Translations under genes and position numbers: made by a program | The notes under the pieces: model-generated | Databases searched by the model: none | What the model saw: only the letters and a program-made list of their open reading frames with translations | Told to the model about the DNA's origin: nothing | Origin: Ranitomeya imitator | Lineage: Eukaryota | DNA length: 64,000 nt | Assembly (NCBI RefSeq): GCF_032444005.1 | Contig: NC_091290.1 | Span: 119,908,001-119,972,000 of the forward strand | Direction: 5' to 3' | In this document: positions 15,900-26,500 of the stretch, piece after piece | Numbering within the stretch: position 1 is the first letter of the stretch | Layout: the number at the start of each line of letters is the position of its first letter

Positions 15900-16445
15900 C
15901 CAGTAGATAGAAAAATATTTAGAATTGAGAGTCCTCAGTGGTTGATACCTTTTAATGGCTAACTGAAAAGATGGTAACAAATTGCAAGCTTTCGAGACTA
16001 CACAGGTCTCTTCATCAGGCAAAGACTAAAAGAAATTCTGAAGAATCACATATTTATGCACAACATAGCATAGAAAAAAAAACATGGATACGACAGGTGA
16101 CATGAAGCAGAATTGCCATGAGTGATAAATAGTTATGTCCATAAATATCGGACCAGTTCTTAGATAAGGAATGTTTTATTGTCCTCTGGGGTCTGGTTCT
16201 GTTGTGATGACCCCTCAGTCTGAGAGGCAAGTTCCTTAGTTGATGTAAAAAGACATAAATCCATGCGACACATTCATTCCTGCACTGAGACTGTCAAAGG
16301 TCGTCATCAGTTTATACTCCCATACTCTTCTGTCTCTCTTAGATTTGAAGCTACCTTTTAACACAAGTAATTTCATGTCCATAATGTTATGATTTGGGAG
16401 ACAAAAATGTATTGCCACAGGTAGATCCATTCTTTTTCTCTTATT
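15900..16445 (-). mobile_element. 5'-truncated Penelope-like retroelement (GIY-YIG endonuclease C-terminus plus 3' pLTR)
   Basis: ORF 16538-16236 ends RMDLPVAIHFCLPNHNIMDMKLLVLKGSFKSKRDRRVWEYKLMTTFDSLSAGMN, the PVAxHF...H...E..L...GxN signature of the PLE endonuclease tail; hammerhead lies about 215 nt past the stop. Ends approximate. Confidence 0.82.
15982..16022 (-). ncRNA. Minimal hammerhead ribozyme in a Penelope-like element pLTR
   Basis: Minus strand TTGC-CTGATGA-A-GAGAC-CTGTGTA-GTCTC-GAAA-GC-TT-GCAA: 4-bp helix I, 5-bp helix II, helix III reduced to the palindrome AAGCUU. Confidence 0.78.
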
Positions 16446-16788
16446 GACTCCACTTCTAGTGTATATGAGAAATGTCACGTCATAACATGTAGCAGCTACG
16501 GGTAGGAAACAGTCTAGGGACACTGAACGTCTCTGCACTTCTCATGGCAACAAGCATGCAAACAGAAACTGGCCATATGGGAATGGTCATGTACCAGGCA
16601 GAGGACAGTGCATTAGGATCTTGCATAGATCTTCTTGTAGGAGTTCTCGGGAAAAGGAAAATAAGGACATGTACAAGAATATACCTATCTGTCCTAATAA
16701 CTGCAGGAAGTCTTAGGCCTTATTCACACGAGTACAACCTGGAATTTAACCGCATTGCATGTTGCCAACTCTATGTCATATAGCAATA

Positions 16789-16972
16789 CAGTGAGACCTC
16801 TCCTAAAGACCACCTCTCGAGAAGACCACCCCCCATCCAGACTCCATTTCCTGTAACAGATTTTCTAATTCACCATGTATTCTGTATGCGGCCCATAATC
16901 TTTGAGAAGACCGCCACCTAGAAGACCACTTTCAATTCAATTTTGGGTAGTTGTATCAAAAAGTTTCCACCG
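16789..16972. mobile_element. pogo/Tigger-like MITE
   Basis: TA|CAGTGAGACCTCT ... AAAGTTTCCACCG|TA with repeated GAAGACCAC internal motifs. Confidence 0.45.
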
Positions 16973-17049
16973 TAGTCAGTTCAAATCACCCTCTTTTCTC
17001 ACCAAATAATAATATAAAATCTTAAAAAAAAAAATCTTAAATGTTATTA

Positions 17050-17350
17050 AAATAAGATAGATGAAGAAAGAGATAGAGAAAAAGAGAGATAGAAGGTGAT
17101 AGAGTGAAATAGAGAGATAAAGAGAGATAGATAAACAGGTTAATAGATAGATGATAGATCGAGAAGATGGATAATAGATAGAAAATAGATAGATGATAGA
17201 TAAGGTAGATAATAGATAGATAATAGATGATGGCTAGATCGATAATAGACAGAAAATAGATGATAGATAGATAGATAATAAATATATAGATAATAGATAA
17301 ATAGATGATAGATAATAGAGAGGGATAAAGAGAGATAGAGAAAAGAGAGA
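17050..17350 (+). repeat. Degenerate (GATA)n microsatellite
   Basis: Runs of GATA/AGAT. Confidence 0.9.
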
Positions 17351-18294
17351 CCACTTTACAGCACCAAAGCTTGGGTCCCCATTGACTTCTATGGGGTCTG
17401 GTTCAGATTCAAGTTCGGGTAGAGTTCTTGTACAGGAACCGTACTTTGGACTAAAATTGGGTCAAATCTGATGACCCCGAACATCCACGTGTCCGGTGAT
17501 CCCTACACACAGCCCAATGATCCTTGGTCTCCCCTTCATGTTCTGACGTTTCTCCATATGGAGGGCAGGTCTACTTTTCCCACTATTATCATTTTTATAT
17601 AGACCGGCCATATAAGTGTTCCTAGATCCTGAAAGTGAGGGGTCAGGTCACCATTGTCCGCAGAGACGTGGCTTATATGATAACCAAGGACCCTCGCTTG
17701 GCTCCTTCTCCCAGGAGAGTGACAGCTTATACCTGGTCCAAGAACTCGACATAAAGGTTAATAATGAGGAGAAAAAAAACCTTAATTCGTTAACAGATTA
17801 ATTCCCCTCCCATTAAACTTATATACCATCACATTACAGAAAGGTAAAACTATGAATGACAGATACTTGTAGATGTTACTTACATTTCTAAAAAGGAAAA
17901 TCATTTGTGTGACCCAATAAATAGTAATTAATTGAATGAAGCAGGGAGCATAAATGGGATGCGTTACCTTAGATGCAGGCGTTATCAGCTCTTATAAGGA
18001 GGCATGTTTCCACCTCTGCCCAGCGCTGTACACACTGCATGAGCACAGGACATGTGCCAGACGGGCACGGTATACAGCAGGAGATGGCGGTGCGACCAGA
18101 TCACCTGTGTGACTATGTATAGATACACGGCAGCGTGTGGCAGGGGCGGTAACAAGATATGCCAGAGGGACAGATGGCAGTGTATTCCCTGTGGGCGCAG
18201 ATATAAGGATGCTGCTTTATCTTTGTCATTTGTAATATATCAGATAAATCTGCTTCTTTCACCTCCTGGATTGATCTTTCGTTCTCAATGTAAA

Positions 18295-18780
18295 TTATTC
18301 ACTGAAATATTACATCACTGCGATAAGAGATGACAGTTGCTGCTTTTAAAATTCTATGGAGGGGGAGGAGCTAGAGGCGGAGACAGAAATCCTGCAGCAA
18401 GTTCTCCTGAAACAAGTTAAAGTTCTCCATAGAACCTTATAAGCAACAACTATCATCTCCTATCTCAGTAATGAGAAAATCTGTATCACTGAGATATTAC
18501 ATTACGGAGATAGATGACAGTTGCTGCTTTTAAAATTCTATGGAGGGGGAGGAGCTAGAGGTGGAGACAGAAATTCTGCCACAAGTTCTCCTGAATCAAC
18601 ACTCACAGTTCTCCATAGAACTTTATAAGCAACAACTGTCATCTCCTATCTCAGTAGTGAGAAAATCTGTATCACTGAGATATTACATTACTGAGATAGA
18701 TGACAGTTGCTGCTTTTAAAATTCTATGGAGAGGGGAGGAGCTAGAGACAGACATTCAGCTGTAAGTTCTCCTGCAAGTT
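18295..18780. repeat. Tandem ~187-bp internally palindromic units (MITE-derived), about 2.6 copies
   Basis: GACAGTTGCTGCTTTTAAAATTCTATGGAG...CTCCATAGAA...TAAGCAACAACTRTC; related copies at 15040-15420 and 19540-19930. Confidence 0.75.
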
Positions 18781-19257
18781 AGGCAATTGTTCATACGTTT
18801 TAGTATTTGTACGTCAACACCAGGAGTGGGACAATCAGAGAAAAAGTATAATAGAAACACGTCACCACTTCTGTATTTATCACCCCCTCCTGGTTTTGGC
18901 TTACAAATACTGATGGTAAATACTGACCAAATACTGAACGTGTGAATACGACCTTATGGTTCTCCGTAGAACTTCGTGAGCACCAACTGTCAAATCTTAT
19001 TTCAGTAATTGGAAAATCTGTATTCACTGAAATTTTACCCTTGGTTTGGGAATGATCAGTCCACGAGGAGAAAGAACAAAATTTGTCTGATAAGAGATAA
19101 TGGGACAATTTATCAAAGCTTTTACGCCAGAAAATTTTCATAAAAACTTTGCGGAAAAATGTTGCAACTTTTGGCATTTTCATGCCAGTTTTGTCAAAGC
19201 TGGAGAGCAGGAATAGGGACGGCTACGGACGCTCGTCAATGTTGTTAAAAATGCTGG

Positions 19258-19426
19258 CATTTTGTACTCCAGAAATCCTACTCCAGTCCCAGAATGGTGA
19301 CATTTTGTACTCCAGAAATCCTACTCCAGTCCCAGAATGGTGGCATTTTGTACTCCAGAAATCCTACTCCAGTCCCAGAATGGTGACATTTTGTACTCCA
19401 GAAATCCTACTCCAGTCCCAGAATGG
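19258..19426 (+). repeat. 43-bp minisatellite x4
   Basis: Unit starts at 19258, 19301, 19344, 19387. Confidence 0.95.
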
Positions 19427-20504
19427 AGAAGCATGACACTCAGAAGATGCACCAAATTCTTTAAGTGCATTAAAGAGTAAATGTTTTCATTTTATTTTTC
19501 ATAAATCAGTAGGACACAAAAAATAATAAACTTTGGAATAGCTTTTATCAGAGAAATCTGCTTCTATCTCTGCAATGATTGATCATTTATTCTCAAAATT
19601 CTCAATTCACACATAAAATGTGTCTTCAGTAATTCCAGATTTCCCCATCACTGAGATATGAGATGACAGTTAGTGCTCATAATGTTCTATGGATCTTGCA
19701 GCAGAATGTTTGTTTCTGCTTCCATTTCCTCTCTCCTTCTCCCTTCTTCATAAAATATTATAAGCACCAACTGTTATCTCCCATCTCATCAATGGGAAAA
19801 TCTGTCTTCACTGAATAAAGATTTTACCCATTAATTGAAAGTAGAAGATCAATCAAGGAGGAGAAAAAAAAAGCAGATTTCTCTCATCAGAAACATTACA
19901 AAGCTGCTTATTTTCATGTGTAGCTTTGATTTATAAAATGAAACAAGAAAATTAATGTTAATCTTTAATAAATGGCTACCTATGATAAAAAAAATCTTTT
20001 TTTTTTAAAGGGAATTTGTCAGCAGATTTGTGTTATGTAATCTGACAGCAGCACAATGTAAGGGTAGAGACCCTGATTCCAGCAATGTATCACTTAGTTT
20101 ACTGGGTGCAGCAGGTGTGATAGAATCACAGTTTTCTCTGCAGCGGATCTAGCAGAGCTCTGAATGCTGAGCTCTGTATAGCCCCACCACAGCACTGATT
20201 GGCAGCTCTCTGTGTACACTGTGCATAAAGCTGCAAGGATTTATTTGGTCATAATGGGTTAAACCTTAAAAGCTAAATATTTTTTTGCATAGGGTAAACA
20301 TAAAAATGGGGTGGGGAGGTGTCCGAAATACTTTTTCTCAGCGCTGTGATTTCTTGAGGCACATGCAGAAATAGCCATGAAGCAAGCAAATACCGTGACT
20401 TTTTATGTTACTATTTTTTATTCATGCTTTCATATTTGGCAGCACTGACCGAGCACGGCTCAAATATTGTAACACTGGGGTATTATTGATCGTGGGTTCA
20501 TCTT

Positions 20505-23500
20505 CTACAGGGCCCTTTTCAGGAAATCCACCAACAAATGATGAGGAAATCCAAAATCCAGCTGGACTATTAAATAACCCTTCAAAAAAGGAAATAAAAG
20601 TTTATATGAGACAGATTCATGGCATATCATGTACGGACCAACATAACTCATTTACAGCAGTATTTATTTTTTTCTCGACCTTTCACCATATTTTTCACAT
20701 TGAGCTGAACATACAACAGAGCAGAATAAAATATATATTTTTTAATTTTGCCAATCCATTGTGGAAATATTCGACATCAAAGTATTTGACACCTAATGAG
20801 TTCATCTTAATAAAAGTTAAGTGGGTGTTATCAAAGAGTTTCCACTGGGGGCGTGTCTTTCTTCCCCCTGTATGACATTGCCCAATCATAAGCAGGCAGC
20901 AACACACAGGAGAGAAAGAACACGCCCCCACAATAGCTCAGAGCAGGTTTTTCAGTGTGTGAGGAGTAATGGCAGCCTGCTCTGATCTCACTACAGACTC
21001 TATTACATTGTGTGTCCAGTTGAACATGAAACAAATGGTGAAAGCGTCTTTAGCTTTTTTTCTTTGCATATATAATCACCATCCATATTTTTGTTGTTTA
21101 TTTCATCCCACCTCAGTCACATCTATACATTTTACCCCATTCATTGTAGCAAGTTAGGTCATGTGATCCCTAGTCTGACAACCAGTCCAGAACATGTACT
21201 AATGTGTAGACAGGAAGTCAGGAAGCAATCAGGGATATAGTAGATGGGACATGCTGAAGCTGCATCACACAGGATACACAGAGACCCATCTGAATCAGTG
21301 GAGTACGAACCCATAGACTTTTAATTGGGTGCATGCATTGCTCTGTGCACATGCTCATGCAAGAGCTGCATTTCACAGCAGTGTTTTGCTCTACTCTTGG
21401 GGTCTTGGGACCTTGACCTCCATCATATCCTAACACATATCACACTGTATAAAGTATTAAAAAATGACATGAAATGTTAGGTGACTGAAACTGCAATACC
21501 AGACAATGCCTCATGGACAATAGTGGTGCTGTTTATAAAGAAGAAAAAAATTATGTAATACATTTTATATTACATTGCACTTACCTCATGTGGGATTATT
21601 TCAGGATTTATGATTTCAAATAAATTTAGGCTTTTACTGTTCATCAGGGATGTCAAAGCCGACTCCAAACCTGCAAAAAAATACTCAAAAGATGTTAAAA
21701 AATCCACACTCCTCATCCTACAGTAACATAATGATAAGCACCATATTTTTTCTACTATTGTTCAATAGTCCCATTCATTTTACTGAGTTAATCACCATTA
21801 CTTGAAATAAATTTATTGAATATTAATGTATAATGGAAGCCAAAATATTTGCCTGACTGCCTCACTGTTTTCCAACAATAGGGCAATTTTTACATGGCAG
21901 AATTTGGCATCAAATTTTGTCAGTCCAAACTAATAGTGGGTCCAAAACACAGAAGAGGTGCAGATATATCCATCAGGATCCTTTCAACTTTTTTGTATTG
22001 TTTTTTAACACTTGTAGAAAATGCCATACATTTCATGCATTGTGTTTTTTTATTTTATTTTAGACATCTGGGTTTTTTTTCCAAGTATCTTCCTGTCGGG
22101 TGGAGAAGCCCATTGTAAAATGACCATTTGCGTTCAGGGATTTTCCCTTCAAAGATGTTAATGGGATTGTCTCACCTTCTTAAATACGGTAGGTAAAATT
22201 GATCAGTATATGTGAAAAATTACTTTGCAATTTAGTTGTTATTAAAATTAATCTCCTGTGCTCCTCCGATGCTGAAAAGGTAAAGCTGACTCATCTTGCA
22301 ACATTGGAGACTAAGCGCACAGTTCGGGACATCGGTACCATGCTGCTGGTCCAAACTGTCAATCTTCAAGAGCACACCGCTCCTGGCAAGCTGGGAGTCA
22401 GGGGAGCTGTGGGCTCCTGAAGATTCAATGTGAAACAACCCCTTTAATGGCATATCCATAGGTGTGTCACAGTTTCTACATTGGCTGTGGAAAAGTTACG
22501 CGGTGAGTGACCCCGGACTGTTACCTGACCACTCTTTTGTATCACCCCTCTGTACTACGAGCCCTCCTGGTATTTGACCCCGGACTGTTACCTGACCAAC
22601 CTTTTGTATCACCCCTGTGTATGTCGTCCAATAATTGCTAATCCAGACTTACGTTCCACTATAGCTTGAATCCCAAATTCAGACACCACAGTTTGGAGAA
22701 ATTGTTTAATCTGTTCTTCGTTCTGTAGAAGAAATATACATTTCTAGGTTATATGCTGATCCATGCAGTACTAGGTATAGTCCTATTCTATAATTAAAAT
22801 CCTGAGAACAGATCTGCGGCTAATAGAGGGTCCTTGTATAACTCACCAAACCGACATATGGACACTTAGAGAAGACAAAATTGGAAAAAAATTGTATGCA
22901 TATAAACTATCCTTCAAAAAAGGATAGTAGAAAGTTGGCTCTCTAGTGCTGCCTATAATAGGGTAATACCCTAAAAGGCTCTTATAAGCCTTGCCAATTG
23001 ACGAGGGGCAACACCTCAAAATACTGTGTCTGCAAATTGAGATATTAATTTGGCTTTTATCCTAAGTAATTGTCTAGCTGTGACTATAGTGTAGCTAGGA
23101 CTGTGGCCCCTAATTTAGTCCCTCAAGCTAAAGGGGCCCTAGGCTCTCCCTGTTCCCAGGACTACCCCTGCTGGTGGGGATGCCTGGGTCACTCAATTCC
23201 TGCATCGTACTAATCTGATCCACTCCCCCACCCAGGGAACAGGGGGCAGCAGTGAAAGGGTTAACACAGAAAAGACAGACAGGGTAAAACAGCAGCTCAG
23301 TCACACAGAACTCACACAGGAATAAACACTAAGAGTAAGAAGGCTGTGAGGCAAAGAAACTACATGAAACAACAAAGGGGAAAGAAAAGGATTATACCAA
23401 AAACCACACACAACAATCACAGAGCAACCACCTCTCCAGACCAGTGTAAGACAAGTTATAGCTGGCACTACCTGAATAGTCCAGCACACGTGCAGCGCCC

Positions 23501-26500
23501 CCACGTAAGGGCAATGGGGTACTCGGTACCGGGTCCTTCAGTTCCTTCAGCGAGGATGTCACGGTGGCCCGACCCGGCCTGTGGCCCTATGAGGGGCGCC
23601 CAAATAAAGGCAGAGTTCGTATGGAATGAGATTCGTGAGGCCACCTGTGGTATTCGGTCAGGGTGACCGACGCTGCTTAGGGGTCCGCTGGGGTGGTGTA
23701 ATGGCAGCTAGATGGTATACCTTCCCACAGGTGAAGTGTCTCCCCAGGGCTTCCCAGAGGTGTAGATGGTGATGGTGGATGATGTAAGGCGAGGTGAATA
23801 ATGAGGACACAATGGGTGCAGTCTCTTTAACTTTACTGAAGTCCAGAGTACAGGATTACAGGGTAGGCAGAGTCCAGCCAGTCTGATGACACTTCCAGAG
23901 TCTCCCTTACCAGGTGGAAATCAGTAGCTTTTCTACTAGCGCCGTGTGTTGTAGAACCTCCCTGCTGAGCAACTCGGTAAGGTCCTCACAACTCTTGCCC
24001 CCAGTTGGTATGGATAGGACTAACCCATATGACGGTGATGGCCTGAGGCTATTTTATAGGGACCCTAGAGACGCCCCTCCTCCACAATTGCCACCGTGTC
24101 TTCTTAGGTTTTTAGGTCAGACAGCCAGCTTGGAATTGACTGCCCTGCCGGTCTCTGAAGTAAAGCATAGAGTCTATTACTCCCTCGGTGTTCCGGCCAC
24201 CGGTCCGCGCTCCAGAAAGAGGCAGCCTCTCCCAGGACAGGACTCCTTCTGGTTTTCTATTCTCCTTTTGCTGTGACTTCGTGTCTCACTCCCTACAACA
24301 CAATTCTCTTTGCATCCTTTCTTAGGATGCTGCCGCATGGGTTGCAGGCGCAGCTTCGTGTACCCTCGTTCTCCTCCTCAGACCGTAGTATGGATCTGAC
24401 TGGAGATCACCCCAGCCAGCTCGACCTGGAGACCTTTCTCTCTCAGTCCCCAGCCAGGAACTCTCTAACTTTCCCTCCTGCCTCACTTCCTAACCAACCC
24501 ACCAGTTTTACCCTAATGTGAGGAGTGGCCTAGTAGATAGAATCTTTTGCTCCCCCTGGTGGACTGGAGTGTGAAGTGTAGTGTGTGTCTTGTGATACCT
24601 GGTAGGGTGAACTCCTTTGGTGCCATCAGACGTAACATCACTCCCCCTGGTGGAAGAATGACATTACTGCAACGACCAGGACTCTGGGGCGCTGCACACG
24701 TATATAGGGGAAGAGAAGAAGTGAGTGATTCTCCCACAGCATGTGACTAAGGAGTACTAACAACCTAACCCAGCAGAGATTTAACTCTCGGTAACCTATG
24801 TTTGCTTCAACACCCAAGTCTCCCTGCACTGATTACAGCCATTAGTGAAGCTACAAGAATGCTAGAACCTAGAGACCCTAATGCCGCCATCACAGTTGGC
24901 GATGTTTGCAAAATCCTCCTTGTGACAGTCATATTGCATGGCTCATTAAAGAGTCGATATTAACTTTTAGGATAATTGCTTCCAATAGGTGGCATTAAAG
25001 TTCAAGTCTTCTTAATCTCTGAAGACACAATTAGCATGTTTAGTTTTTCTCTGCACGTTTTGTTCTCGATTGACCGGTGAATAATGTCATAGGCCTTTTT
25101 CACACCCATGTATTTCATATATCTATAGTACGGATCCACAGTAGTCAAATGCGCTTATATTAAGGAGGCAATGGTCTTCCATCAGTTGAACGTATTATAG
25201 GTTGCTACTGCAGATCAGCAATATGGATGTAGAATTGAGCCGGATGCATCAAAAAAAATTTCATTAGTATTTGGATTTATGGCTATTATTTTCGGGCAAA
25301 AACAAATCTGATAAAGTGTTTTTTTTTTGTTTTGTCTCCCAATTATAGTTGGTTTAAATAAAAAAATGAACTTTACTCACCCTTCCCTGGTCCAGCACTG
25401 AGTCTCTGCCACTGCTCCCAGTGTCTGTTATAGTCACGTCGACAGCACTGAAGCCAATCAGTAAATTCAACGGCTTTGTCCAAGTTGACAGCATGAGTCA
25501 TTTATAAACTCTGAGGTCACTGTTTGGCTGCAGCGCTGTCGACATAACAGTAGCGCTGCAGACGATAACAGATACCGGGAGCAGCAGAAGACACACAGCG
25601 CTGGACCTGAGGAGGCTGCATTAGGGGTCATGTAGGAGTCTGTGTAAATCGGTCCAAACACGGACCGAAATACACGGTCTCCCAATATAACTGTCGCAGT
25701 CTCATAGACATATATGCAGCTGTCACGCTCGGGTGAGCCGCGGCCAGTCCGTATATTGGGGTCCGTGCACAGACTGATCTACACAGACGTCTACATGTGA
25801 CATAAGCTCAGTTTTCAGCCAAACTATAGCTCGAGACAGGGGGTTTTGTAGATCGGAAACTCCCTTTAATTTAGTAATTATAGATAGTAAATGGTATGTA
25901 CTCACCATAGAAACCGTTAGGGAACTTCTGACATTTTTAATAGAAACTCTGATACCAAGAAAACGAGGAAAAGAGATATTAAAGTTTGCATTTAACCATC
26001 TATTTTTAAAAATGAATAAAATTAATAAAATACTTAGAAAACCTAAGTGCTAATCAGGGGTGGCCAAAGCATTACAAGCTGCACCACATATCATTGGGGT
26101 CAGAGCTTTGTTTTCCTTACATACAGCTCCATTTTCATGATTCCGTATGAAAAATTCTGTCTCCCGACCGCAATTTGTTTAATAAAAAAAGCAAACAAAG
26201 TGTGCTTTACCCTCCTATTGTATGTGATTGTCTGCAGTGCTACAGCGCTGCAGCTAATCGGCGAGCTCAGCAGCTATAACGGCAGAAGCTGTTCGGAGCC
26301 GCTGAGCTTTGATGACTTTTGTATTCTCTTAGCAGTCCATATAGCCGCTATATGTCCCACAATTCTATCGGCATCGAGTAAGAAAAATTTGTAAATGAAC
26401 ACGTTAGATACATATTTGTATGGAAGGATCGCGGTCATTTTGTAGTCCACGAGTTGGGTACGGTACTTTGAAATTCAACTCACAGAGGATTAGACGGGTG

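Noticed and set aside
17940-18050. Candidate non-coding first exon of the CHST gene (minus donor AAG|GTAACG near 17968)
   Set aside because: Plausible, but only one motif supports it; needs transcript evidence.
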